Positions 39,042 to 48,253 of a stretch of 64,000 nt of DNA are shown in pieces. The position numbers and the translations under genes were made by a program. The first letter of the stretch is position 1. The number at the start of each line of letters is the position of its first letter. Below the pieces are notes generated by a model. It did no database searches. It had not been told where the DNA came from and worked only from the letters and a program-made list of their open reading frames with translations. The stretch covers positions 7,958-71,957 of the forward strand of contig JAEDIE010000002.1 in NCBI GenBank assembly GCA_016296775.1, read 5' to 3'. Source of the stretch: Bacilli bacterium. Lineage in GTDB: Bacteria; Bacillota_I; Bacilli_A; RFN20; CAG-826.

Positions 39042-39332
39042 ATGAAAAAGTACGAAATTATGTACATCTTAAAAGCAGACCTTGATGATGCTTCAAGAAA
39101 AGGTGAAATTGAAAAACTTCACGGATTATTAACAAAGGGTGGTGCTACCATTTCTAACGTTAATGAATGGGGTTTAAGAGATTTAGCTTATCCAATCAAG
39201 AAGCAAACTAAAGGCTACTATGTTGTCATTAAGGTTCAAACAGAATCAGCTGACACATTTAAAGAATTTGATCGTCTTTCAAAAATTGATCCTGCTGTCT
39301 TAAGATATTTACTAACAGTAGATCACGAATAA
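39042..39332 (+). CDS. rpsF: 30S ribosomal protein S6
   Basis: 96 aa beginning MKKYEIMYIL..., a typical S6 sequence. Confidence 0.95.
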   Translation: MKKYEIMYILKADLDDASRKGEIEKLHGLLTKGGATISNVNEWGLRDLAYPIKKQTKGYYVVIKVQTESADTFKEFDRLSKIDPAVLRYLLTVDHE

Positions 39333-39347
39333 TTTGGAGGAAATAAT

Positions 39348-39782
39348 ATGGTAAATCGTGTCGTTTTAGTTGGAAGGTTAACAAAGGATCCTGAATTAAG
39401 AAGGACAAATAGTGGATCTGCAGTTGCTTCATTTACATTAGCTTTTACAAATAGACAAAAAAATGCTGATGGTAGTAATTCTTCAAGTTTTGTAACATGC
39501 ACTGCATGGAATAAAACTGCTGAAGTAATTTCTCAATATTGCAGTAAAGGAAGTCAAATTTGTGTTGATGGTAGATTAGTTGAAACAAGATTCCAACGTA
39601 AAGATGGTACGAATGCTTCACGCATTGAAATTATTGTAGAAAATATTGAATTATTAGGAAGAAAAAATACAACAGAAGATAGGAATGATGGTTATGTTGC
39701 TGACACCAGTTCAGTTGATGTTTACGAGAAGGAAAGTGATAGTGCAGCTGGTGATATAGCAGATGATGATCTTCCATTCTAG
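39348..39782 (+). CDS. ssb: Single-stranded DNA-binding protein
   Basis: 144 aa with an OB fold ([18 protein letters not shown]) and the acidic tail DDDLPF. Confidence 0.95.
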   Translation: MVNRVVLVGRLTKDPELRRTNSGSAVASFTLAFTNRQKNADGSNSSSFVTCTAWNKTAEVISQYCSKGSQICVDGRLVETRFQRKDGTNASRIEIIVENIELLGRKNTTEDRNDGYVADTSSVDVYEKESDSAAGDIADDDLPF

Positions 39783-39792
39783 AAAGGAAAAT

Positions 39793-40020
39793 ATGGCTTA
39801 TTTAAAGAAAAGAGTAAGAAAAAAGGTTTGTTACTTTACAAAGAACAAAATTAAACATATCGACTATAAGGATGTTGAAACTTTAAGAAAGTTCATTACT
39901 GCTGGCGGAAGAATTTCTCCACGTAGATTAACTGGAACAAGCGCTAAATATCAAAGACAACTTAAAACAGCTATTGAAAGAGCTCGTTTTATGGCCTTAC
40001 TTCCATACGTCGAAGATTAA
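39793..40020 (+). CDS. rpsR: 30S ribosomal protein S18
   Basis: [27 protein letters not shown]...[18 protein letters not shown]. The start is set at the internal ATG with an AAAGGAAA RBS. Confidence 0.95.
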   Translation: MAYLKKRVRKKVCYFTKNKIKHIDYKDVETLRKFITAGGRISPRRLTGTSAKYQRQLKTAIERARFMALLPYVED

Positions 40021-40036
40021 TTTTACAAATAATAAG

Positions 40037-40062
40037 AGGTCGCTTAAAAGCGATCTTTTTTA
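40037..40062 (+). terminator. Rho-independent terminator after rpsR
   Basis: AGGTCGCTT/AAGCGATCT hairpin followed by TTTTTT. Confidence 0.65.
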
Positions 40063-40085
40063 TTACTTTAAGCAACATTTTAAGC

Positions 40086-40110
40086 AAGATTTTGGCAAAA
40101 TCTTTTATTA
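40086..40110 (+). terminator. Second, stacked terminator-like hairpin
   Basis: AAGATTTT-ggc-AAAATCTT followed by TTATT. Confidence 0.4.
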
Positions 40111-40115
40111 AGTAA

Positions 40116-40283
40116 ATGGAATATGATATCCCATATACTGCAAACGAATTGCTAGTTTTGCTAAAGATAAAATCAAAAGAGACTCTTAGAGGTAATTATC
40201 TTAATCCAGCCTTGGAGAATGGTTTAATAAAAATGACACTACCTGATAAGCCTAAAAGTAAAAACCAAAAATATATAAAATAA
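40116..40283 (+). pseudogene. Orphan 55-codon ORF resembling only the C-terminal winged-helix tail of Fic / AlbA_2-HATPase_c_4 type regulators (probable gene remnant)
   Basis: Hand translation gives MEYDIPYTANELLVLLKIKSKETLRGNYLNPALENGLIKMTLPDKPKSKNQKYIK. The ...(E/K)MT(I/L)PDKPxSxxQKY ending is characteristic of that family's extreme C-terminus, and no upstream domains are present. Confidence 0.45.
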
Positions 40284-40295
40284 TAGGGATTTCAT

Positions 40296-41105
40296 ATGGA
40301 AATTAAAAAAATACATGATCAACACGTACATACATCCTATTCAGAAGATTCATCAGCTAATTTAGAGAAATATATTCAAATAGCTATAGATTTAGGTTGT
40401 TCTTATTTTGTTATGACTGATCATTTGGATTTTGATATTCCTATGTATCATGAACATTGGATAGCTGATTATGATGAACAAAAGAAAGAAATTATTGAGT
40501 TACAAAAGAAATATAAAAATAAAATAACATTACTTCAAGGAATTGAATGTGGATATAGAGAAGGATATGAAAACAATATAAAAGAGGTAGTATTTCATAG
40601 GGATTTTGATTTAATTAACCTTTCAATACATAACTATTTAGACTTAGATTTTTATTATAAAGAAGATTTTTTAAAGTATGGAATTAATAAAATGGTAAAT
40701 TTATATTTAGAAGCTGCTATTAAAGCACTTGATAGTGATATAGATTTTGATGTTCTTTCTCATATTGATTATGCATTTAAAACAGCTAAACAAATTGATC
40801 CAAATATTAAATTCAATTTATTTGAAAATCAGCTTGTAGTTTTATTAAAAAAATTAATAAATAAAAATAAAACTTTAGAGATAAACACTAAAGTACAAGA
40901 GTCAATAAATGATAAAAACCATACGAAATACTTACTAAATTTATATTATTCACTTGGGGGAAGAAATATCACTATAAGTAGTGATGCCCATGTTGAAAGT
41001 AGATATTTATCAAGATTTGAAGAATATAAACAGATAGCAAAAGAAGAGAATTTTACTTACTTATGCTATTTTATAAAGAGAAAGAAATATTATTTTAATA
41101 TTTAA
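40296..41105 (+). CDS. PHP-domain phosphoesterase (HisJ-family histidinol-phosphatase-like)
   Basis: 269 aa with the N-terminal HDQHVHTSYSEDS, metal-binding His/Asp spaced as in PHP/HisJ, and a C-terminal SSDAH. Confidence 0.8.
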   Translation: MEIKKIHDQHVHTSYSEDSSANLEKYIQIAIDLGCSYFVMTDHLDFDIPMYHEHWIADYDEQKKEIIELQKKYKNKITLLQGIECGYREGYENNIKEVVFHRDFDLINLSIHNYLDLDFYYKEDFLKYGINKMVNLYLEAAIKALDSDIDFDVLSHIDYAFKTAKQIDPNIKFNLFENQLVVLLKKLINKNKTLEINTKVQESINDKNHTKYLLNLYYSLGGRNITISSDAHVESRYLSRFEEYKQIAKEENFTYLCYFIKRKKYYFNI

Positions 41106-41149
41106 AATAAAAAGATAAAAATTTGTTTTAAGTAAAATGAGAAAATTAT

Positions 41150-41169
41150 TTGCTATAACGTTATAGCAA
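41150..41169. promoter_or_regulatory. Perfect 20-bp palindrome, a candidate LacI-family operator overlapping the locus promoter
   Basis: TTGCTATAAC|GTTATAGCAA has a central CG, as in LacI/GalR operators. Its TTGCTA, plus a 17 nt spacer and TATTAT (41173-41178), forms a plausible promoter 19 nt upstream of the GH43 gene. Confidence 0.6.
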
Positions 41170-41196
41170 TGTTATTATGATATTAGGAAATTATAA

Positions 41197-42354
41197 ATGA
41201 GAGACAAAAAATTTATTTTAACTCTTTTAGGCGTTAGTTGTTTTGTTATCACATCTTGTAATGGAATCGATAGCAACTCTTTTTTTCCACCTATCGAAGA
41301 GCAAATAACTAAATCAACTAATAATCCATATTCTAATCCAACTTATCCTCTTTTATTTAACGAAAAGAAACCTACCTATACTGCAGATCCATTTGTAATT
41401 AGAGGAGATGATGGATATTTTTACATGTATTGTACTCAAACTGAAGTATATGCAAATCAAGAATATAAGACTTTTAAAAAAGGACCTGTATTTTCTTCAT
41501 ATGATTTAGTCAATTGGGAGTATGTTTCTGATGTATTTAGTAATTACAATCCAGAATGGGGAACAAGTGGGGCAGGAGTTTGGGCTCCAACTGTTATTAA
41601 AGTAGGAAATAAATATAATTACTACTATTCTCTTTCAGTCGGAGAAGATACAAATCCAGGGATTGGTGTAGCAACAGCTGATTATCCTTATGGTCCATTT
41701 ACTCATTATGGAAAGTTATTTAATAGTAATGAAATTGGAGTTACTAATTCTATAGATCCATTTGTTTTATATGATAACGATAAATTATATATGGCTTTTG
41801 GTTCATATGGAGGATTAATTACTATAGTTGAATTAACAGAAGATGGTTTAGATTTAAAAAAAGGAATTGAATATCAAAAAGAACATAAAGTAGCTATTGC
41901 AGGGTTTGAAATATTTAATGTAGATAATTACGAAGGAACATTCATTTTTAAAGAAAAAGATACATATTATTTATTATTATCAACTGGAACATGTTTAAGT
42001 GGATTAAATTCTACTTATAGAGTTGTTTGTGCAACAAGTGATTCTTTATTTGGACCATATAAAGATTCAAAAGGAAGAGATATGTTTGGTCCTAATAGAG
42101 GAGATGTAGTTGTAGCTCCTTCTTTAAGTACAGCTATGGGTGTAGGGCATTGTGCTGTTATTCAAGATGATGCTTTAAATTATTGGATGATTTATCATGG
42201 ATATGACACTATTGATAATAGTTCTTATCGTTCATTATATTTAGATCAATTATTATTTGATCCTGAAACAAAATTACCTTCAGTAAGTGACCATGTAGCA
42301 AGCAATCACGAAACTAAAAACGGTCCTTACATTAATAGTTTGGAGAATAAATAA
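41197..42354 (+). CDS. Secreted GH43 glycoside hydrolase lipoprotein (arabinanase-like)
   Basis: 385 aa with a lipobox at VITSC. The GH43 triad context is present: TADPFVIR (base), NSIDPFV (pKa modulator) and NYEGTF (acid). Confidence 0.85.
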   Translation: MRDKKFILTLLGVSCFVITSCNGIDSNSFFPPIEEQITKSTNNPYSNPTYPLLFNEKKPTYTADPFVIRGDDGYFYMYCTQTEVYANQEYKTFKKGPVFSSYDLVNWEYVSDVFSNYNPEWGTSGAGVWAPTVIKVGNKYNYYYSLSVGEDTNPGIGVATADYPYGPFTHYGKLFNSNEIGVTNSIDPFVLYDNDKLYMAFGSYGGLITIVELTEDGLDLKKGIEYQKEHKVAIAGFEIFNVDNYEGTFIFKEKDTYYLLLSTGTCLSGLNSTYRVVCATSDSLFGPYKDSKGRDMFGPNRGDVVVAPSLSTAMGVGHCAVIQDDALNYWMIYHGYDTIDNSSYRSLYLDQLLFDPETKLPSVSDHVASNHETKNGPYINSLENK

Positions 42355-43532
42355 TGAAAAAATTAGCTTCTATATTCATGCTTATTTCTGTTCTTTCTTT
42401 ATCATCTTGTCAATCATCAAATAAAAATGATGTGGGAAATGATAGTAATATTACAAAAAAAGAATATATAAGAGAGAAATATTCTAATCCTTTAAATTTC
42501 TATAAAGTTGATGGATCAAAATATGATGTATATTGTGCTGATCCTGATGTTATTAGATGCGATGAAGATAATTATTATTACATGTATTGTACAAATACAG
42601 ATTGTGAAATGGGTGAAAAAGGTATTATGTATGATCGTTCACCCATCTTTAGAAGTAGAAATCTAGTTGATTGGACTTGGTGTGGTAGTGTTTTTGATGG
42701 ATTAGAAAATGCTGCTAATTGGGGAACAAAAGATGCTGGTGTTTGGGGTCCTTCAGTAATTAAAGTCGGTAATAGATATAATTATTACTATGGATTATCA
42801 ACATGGGGCGATCCTAATCCTGGTATTGGAGTAGCAAGTTCTCCAACTCCTTATGGACCATGGGTAGATCATGGAAAAATACTTGATTCAGTTGATAGCG
42901 GAGTTAAAAATTCAATTGACCCTCAAGCATTATATGTTGGAGATAAATTATATTTAGTATGGGGTTCATTCTTTGGAATAGGAATAATTGAACTTACTGA
43001 AGATGGATTGGAACCATATGTAGGTAGTACAAATTTAAAAGAATATACAAAATATATTATTAAAGACAATACAACTGATGGAATAATGGATGTAAATATT
43101 AACTATGAAGGTAGTTATATAGTTCAAAAAGATAATAAATTCTATTATTTTGGTTCACAAGGAACATGTTTAAGCGGAACAAATTCAACTTATAAAGTTA
43201 AAGTCGGAGTCAGTGATTCTATTTTTGGACCATATAAAGGATCAGATAACTTTGAATTAGATGATAAAAACGGTTCATTTGGTGATTTAGTTGTTTCACC
43301 TAGTAGTGAAGTTGCTGGAACTGGACATAATACAATTATTAAGGATTTTGATGGAAGATATTGGATTTTATATCATGGATATCATATTAATGGAAATCTT
43401 CCAGAATATCGTATTCCATTTTTAGATGAACTTACCTGGAGCGAAGAAACATCAATGCCTTTTGTTAAAGGTAATAATGCATCAATTAATGAAGAAAAAT
43501 TGGGACCAACAATTTTAAAATATAAGGAGTAA
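42354..43532 (+). CDS. Secreted GH43 glycoside hydrolase lipoprotein, paralogue of the upstream gene
   Basis: 392 aa with a lipobox at LSSC, plus CADPDVIR, NSIDPQA and NYEGSY. It is collinear with the upstream protein. Confidence 0.85.
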   Translation: MKKLASIFMLISVLSLSSCQSSNKNDVGNDSNITKKEYIREKYSNPLNFYKVDGSKYDVYCADPDVIRCDEDNYYYMYCTNTDCEMGEKGIMYDRSPIFRSRNLVDWTWCGSVFDGLENAANWGTKDAGVWGPSVIKVGNRYNYYYGLSTWGDPNPGIGVASSPTPYGPWVDHGKILDSVDSGVKNSIDPQALYVGDKLYLVWGSFFGIGIIELTEDGLEPYVGSTNLKEYTKYIIKDNTTDGIMDVNINYEGSYIVQKDNKFYYFGSQGTCLSGTNSTYKVKVGVSDSIFGPYKGSDNFELDDKNGSFGDLVVSPSSEVAGTGHNTIIKDFDGRYWILYHGYHINGNLPEYRIPFLDELTWSEETSMPFVKGNNASINEEKLGPTILKYKE

Positions 43533-43536
43533 ATTT

Positions 43537-45024
43537 ATGAAAAGAAGTAAAATTTTAACTGTTTTATCGATCGTTTCATTATTTGGAGGTTTATTTTCTT
43601 GTTCAAGTGGAAGTAACACTGAAGAAGTAAATGACATTGTAAGAGATGGTAATGGATCAATAGTTTATAACAATGTTGAATTAAAGTTATGGAGCGTTAC
43701 AACTGGAGAAGATGCTTCTACTCAAGATGCAATTATTGGTAATTTTAATTCTTTATATGAAGGAATGATTCATGTCACAACAGAACACATTTCTCGTTAT
43801 GATTTAGAATCTAGATTAACTTCTACCATGAGTTTTGATAAGAAAAATGCCCCAGATGCATTATTTACACATGGACATAGAACAAATGAATACATTGGAA
43901 ACGAATGGATTCAACCCATTGAAGATTACTATACAATGAGCGATACTCCTTTAGATAAATCAGATTTTGCTCCAAGTTTATTAAATACAGTTACACATAA
44001 TGGAAAAATGTATTCTACTCCAATTGATGTTCATTCAACAATGATTGAAATTAGAACTGATATTTTAACTAAAAATGGGTTATCAATTCCTTCAAATTAT
44101 AACGAACTTGTTAGTGTTTGTACTCAAGCTACTGAATTAGCAGCTAAAGGTAATTTATGGATTAGAGGTGAAAATAGTGAAGGATATGCTAGTGATGAAT
44201 GGAGAAAAGCTACAACAGCTGAAGCATATACTCCTTTCCCAATCTCATATGGGGATATGTGGGTCCATGAATTTTTAGGATATACTGCTGCTGTTCAAAA
44301 TGGTGGAAAATTTCTTACCGAAGATGGAAAGGGTATGCCAGGATGGAACAGTGATGAAGTTGCTAATGGTTTACAAGTTTTAAGAGGTTGGATTTTCCCA
44401 ACTTCAACTTCTAAAAATAAATATCAATTAAGCTTAGATTATGGATCAGATTATGATGTAGGTATCGAACCATTTAAGAGCGGAAAATCAATATTTAAAT
44501 TAAATGGACCATGGGTCTATAAAACAGATTTAGATTCTTTCTCAACCATGTTAAGAAACGATGGAGGAGATAATAACATTACAACACGTAGTTTATCCAA
44601 TATGTTAACTAGTGATACTTCAACTGAATATGCTTCAAAAATTAAAGGTGAAGGTCATGCAATTATGTTAATGTCAACTGTTGAAAGTGCTACAAAAAAA
44701 TGTGCTGCAAGTGTTTTTGCTGATTATATGGCATATTATTCAGGAATTGAATGGGCAAGAAGAGGACATATTCCTGCAGTAAATTCTGTATTAAATAACA
44801 ATGATTTTAAAGGCGATGCCGACTATACAAAATATATTCAATATTGGGGAACACCAAACGATTATGAAGTTTATGGTCCAACTCAATACTACTCATATAT
44901 TGATACATATTTTAAAAATTCATTACAAAAATCAATAGCTTCTCAATTTAAAAACACTCCAATTAAAGAAATTTTGGATGAACAATATAAAGGATGTAAA
45001 GCATATATAGAACTTTATGCATAA
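43537..45024 (+). CDS. ABC sugar transporter, extracellular solute-binding lipoprotein
   Basis: 495 aa with a lipobox at LFSC. Its position ahead of two permeases and its size and composition fit family-1 SBPs. Confidence 0.8.
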   Translation: MKRSKILTVLSIVSLFGGLFSCSSGSNTEEVNDIVRDGNGSIVYNNVELKLWSVTTGEDASTQDAIIGNFNSLYEGMIHVTTEHISRYDLESRLTSTMSFDKKNAPDALFTHGHRTNEYIGNEWIQPIEDYYTMSDTPLDKSDFAPSLLNTVTHNGKMYSTPIDVHSTMIEIRTDILTKNGLSIPSNYNELVSVCTQATELAAKGNLWIRGENSEGYASDEWRKATTAEAYTPFPISYGDMWVHEFLGYTAAVQNGGKFLTEDGKGMPGWNSDEVANGLQVLRGWIFPTSTSKNKYQLSLDYGSDYDVGIEPFKSGKSIFKLNGPWVYKTDLDSFSTMLRNDGGDNNITTRSLSNMLTSDTSTEYASKIKGEGHAIMLMSTVESATKKCAASVFADYMAYYSGIEWARRGHIPAVNSVLNNNDFKGDADYTKYIQYWGTPNDYEVYGPTQYYSYIDTYFKNSLQKSIASQFKNTPIKEILDEQYKGCKAYIELYA

Positions 45025-46000
45025 AGAAGAAACTAAAAATATTTCAATTGAATTAGTTGCTAGAAGAGAAAAAACAAAAAATAACCTAAGAAAAACAAGT
45101 CTTTTAGGAATGTTCTTAGGTCCATATGGAATTTGTTTCTTATTGTTTTTTGCTTTTCCGTTAGTTTTAGGAATAATAATGTCATTTTCTACTTTTGATG
45201 GAAAATCATTATTTCCTAGTGGATTTGCAGGTTTTGATAATTACATTAAGTTATTTACAAATGAAGTATTATCTAAAGACTTCTGGTCTAGTATTTGGAA
45301 TACAATTAGATTTGCTTTAATTATTGTTCCTTTATCAATTATTATTCCTTTAGGTTTAGCTTTATTAACCAGTTTAAAACCTCCAGGATATAAGTTTTTT
45401 AGAGCTTGTATTTATCTTCCAGGAATCTTTCCTTTAACAGCAACTGGTTTAATTTTATTAAAGATGTTTGCATTTAGAGGTGGATTTATTAATTCAGTAT
45501 TTAATATTTCAATTGACTGGTTTGGTGATGTTGGAGCCTGCTGGTTTATGATTGGTTTATTCTGTTTATGGTGTGGAATTGGTGGCAATTTCATTATTCT
45601 TTGTGCTGGTTTAGAAAACGTTGATAAATCATTATATGAAGCTGTTAATATTGATGGCGGAAATAAAATTCATAGGTTTTTCCACGTTACTTTACCAGGA
45701 ATATCTTCTCAATTATTTTTATGTATTTTTACGACATTTACTGGATATATGAACCTTTATGGTCAAGTGTATATTTTAGGTACAGGTGTAGCTGATCAAG
45801 ACGAGATGATGACTGCAGTTTATAGAATTCAAAACTTCTTACTTGGTAGTTCAAAAAGCTATGGATATGCTGCAGCAATGGGCATTTGTTTAGGTGTTTT
45901 AATTATAATTATTGCCATTATTCAAATGGTTGTTTCAAAAGAAAGAAGAGGAAACGGAAAGCATGCAAAGGCGTTCGAAAAATACAAAAAGAGTAAGTAA
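45017..46000 (+). CDS. ABC sugar transporter permease (MalF/BPD_transp_1 type)
   Basis: 327 aa, multi-TM, with the EAA-loop region YEAVNIDGGNKIHRFFHVTLP. Confidence 0.88.
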   Translation: MHKEETKNISIELVARREKTKNNLRKTSLLGMFLGPYGICFLLFFAFPLVLGIIMSFSTFDGKSLFPSGFAGFDNYIKLFTNEVLSKDFWSSIWNTIRFALIIVPLSIIIPLGLALLTSLKPPGYKFFRACIYLPGIFPLTATGLILLKMFAFRGGFINSVFNISIDWFGDVGACWFMIGLFCLWCGIGGNFIILCAGLENVDKSLYEAVNIDGGNKIHRFFHVTLPGISSQLFLCIFTTFTGYMNLYGQVYILGTGVADQDEMMTAVYRIQNFLLGSSKSYGYAAAMGICLGVLIIIIAIIQMVVSKERRGNGKHAKAFEKYKKSK

Positions 46001-46856
46001 AACTATTGCTTTTATTATTCTTTTAATTGTTTCAATAATAGCATTAATTCCAATTGTTTGGGGTGTTTTTGGTAGTTTTAGAAGTTATGAAGATTTCTTT
46101 ACTAATTCTAGTTCGTTCTTCCCTTCATCTTGGGATAAATTTACATTAGATGGATATAAAGAGTTATTTTCACACACAACATATAATGAAGCTGATGCAA
46201 ATGTTTACTATCCAATTTGGAATTGGTTATTAAATTCTTTAATTGTTTCAATTGGGGGAACATTACTCTATTTAGTTATTGCATCTTTAGCAGCATATGC
46301 TTTTGTCTTTTTAGATTTTAAATATTCTAATGTAATATTCTATTTTCTAATTGGAACCATGACTATTCCAGGAGTTATTTCAACTACTCCTCAATTAATA
46401 AATATGAATATGTTGCATGCATATAAAAATCTTTTAGGTTTAATTATTCCAAGTTTAGGTGGGGTTTACGGGTTATTTTTAATCAGACAATTCTTCTTAT
46501 CTATTCCTAAAGATTTAGTTGAAAATGCAAGAATGGATGGAGCAAGCAATTTTAAAATCTTCTTAACTATCGTTCTTCCTTTAGGAAAATCAGCTTTATT
46601 TGTTCAAGGTTTATTCGGATTTATGGGAGCATGGAATGATGTTCAATGGGCACAACTTATTATTGGAAATGCTCCAAGAACAACTTGGACGTTAGCATAT
46701 GGATTAAAAGTTATAGCAGATAACACAGAAAGCATTGAATCTATTACATTAGCTTTAGCAAGTGCAGTTATTACTATGATTCCTATATTAATTGTGTATT
46801 TATTTGCTCAATCAAAGATTATTGAAGGTGTAGCTAATACTGGTATAAAGAGGTAA
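45963..46856 (+). CDS. ABC sugar transporter permease (MalG type)
   Basis: EAA loop at ENARMDGASNFKIFLTIVLP. The start is set at the internal ATG (MQRRSKNTKR) rather than 45912. Confidence 0.88.
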   Translation: MQRRSKNTKRVSKTIAFIILLIVSIIALIPIVWGVFGSFRSYEDFFTNSSSFFPSSWDKFTLDGYKELFSHTTYNEADANVYYPIWNWLLNSLIVSIGGTLLYLVIASLAAYAFVFLDFKYSNVIFYFLIGTMTIPGVISTTPQLINMNMLHAYKNLLGLIIPSLGGVYGLFLIRQFFLSIPKDLVENARMDGASNFKIFLTIVLPLGKSALFVQGLFGFMGAWNDVQWAQLIIGNAPRTTWTLAYGLKVIADNTESIESITLALASAVITMIPILIVYLFAQSKIIEGVANTGIKR

Positions 46857-46861
46857 GTTTT

Positions 46862-48253
46862 ATGGGTAAAAATAATGATGTTTATATTAATGAAAAAATA
46901 AGTTCATTTATTTGTTTAGAACACGTAGATAAAATTTATGCTAATGGTGTTAAAGCTGTACATGATTTTTGTTTAGATGTTGATAAAAATGAGTTTGTTG
47001 CATTAGTTGGTCCTTCAGGATGTGGTAAATCAACAACATTAAGAATGATTGCTGGATTAGAAGATATAAGTAATGGAAATTTATGGATAAATAAAGCATA
47101 TGCTAACTATTTACCTAGTAAAGATAGGGATATTGCTATGGTTTTCCAAAGCTATGCCCTATATCCAAATAAAAATGTATACGATAATATTTCATTTGGC
47201 TTGAAAATTAGACATGTTGATAAAAAAGAAATTGAACAAAGAGTATTTGAAACAGCCGAAATTTTAGATTTAGGTCACCTTTTAGATAGATTCCCACGTG
47301 AACTTAGTGGAGGTCAAATGCAACGTGTTGCTTTAGGTAGAGCTATTGTTAGAAAAGCTAATATCTTCTTGATGGATGAACCATTATCTAACCTTGATGC
47401 TAAATTAAGAGTTCAAATGAGATGCGAAATCGTTAGAATTCATAGAGAAGTAAAAGCTACAACAATTTATGTTACTCATGATCAAACTGAAGCTATGACT
47501 ATGGCAACAAAAATTGTTGTTATGAATAAAGGATTTATTCAACAAATTGCTAAACCAATGGAAGCTTACTTAAATCCTAATAATTTATTTGTTGCTACAT
47601 TTATTGGTTCACCTTCTATGAACATCTTTGAAGCTAAATATAATAAAGGAAAAATTACTCTTCCAAATGGCACTAGTTTTAAAATTGATGCAGGAATTCA
47701 TAATGAATTTTATACTAAAAGGTTAGAAGAACTTAATAATATTTTAGATAATTTTGATGAATTTGGATTAGAAGAAATGAGAAGAATTGAATCTAATCAA
47801 CCATATATTAAAGGTGAAAAAGTCGTAAAGGTAGAAAAGAAAAAGAAATTCCAATGGTTGATTAATTTAATTAATAAAAAGAAAATTGAAGAAGAAAAAG
47901 TTAGAACTAGAGAAGAAATGAGGAAAAAGATCGAGCTTTATAGGGATAATGCTCTTCATGCTTTAGAAAATGAACATCCTCTTTATATAGGTATTAGACC
48001 AGAACATTTCTTCTTAAATGAAGATTTTAGAGGTTGTAAAAAATCTGATAGCTTTAAAGTCAAAGTTAATATGATTGAGCTATTAGGTAGTGAATATATT
48101 ATTCATACAAATTTAGATGATAAGAAACTTCAAATCAAATTGAATGGACTTGTTAGTGTTAAAGAAGAACAAGACGTAGATGTCTGTTTTGATGAATCAT
48201 TAGTTCAAATATTTGATATTGATAGCGGATTATCGTTAAGGAGGGAAAAATAA
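46862..48253 (+). CDS. ABC sugar transporter ATPase (MsmX/MalK type) with an enlarged C-terminal regulatory region
   Basis: 463 aa with the Walker A GPSGCGKST, the signature LSGGQMQR and the Walker B IFLMDEPLS. The TOBE-like C-terminus is interrupted by a K/E-rich insert of about 90 aa. Confidence 0.92.
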   Translation: MGKNNDVYINEKISSFICLEHVDKIYANGVKAVHDFCLDVDKNEFVALVGPSGCGKSTTLRMIAGLEDISNGNLWINKAYANYLPSKDRDIAMVFQSYALYPNKNVYDNISFGLKIRHVDKKEIEQRVFETAEILDLGHLLDRFPRELSGGQMQRVALGRAIVRKANIFLMDEPLSNLDAKLRVQMRCEIVRIHREVKATTIYVTHDQTEAMTMATKIVVMNKGFIQQIAKPMEAYLNPNNLFVATFIGSPSMNIFEAKYNKGKITLPNGTSFKIDAGIHNEFYTKRLEELNNILDNFDEFGLEEMRRIESNQPYIKGEKVVKVEKKKKFQWLINLINKKKIEEEKVRTREEMRKKIELYRDNALHALENEHPLYIGIRPEHFFLNEDFRGCKKSDSFKVKVNMIELLGSEYIIHTNLDDKKLQIKLNGLVSVKEEQDVDVCFDESLVQIFDIDSGLSLRREK

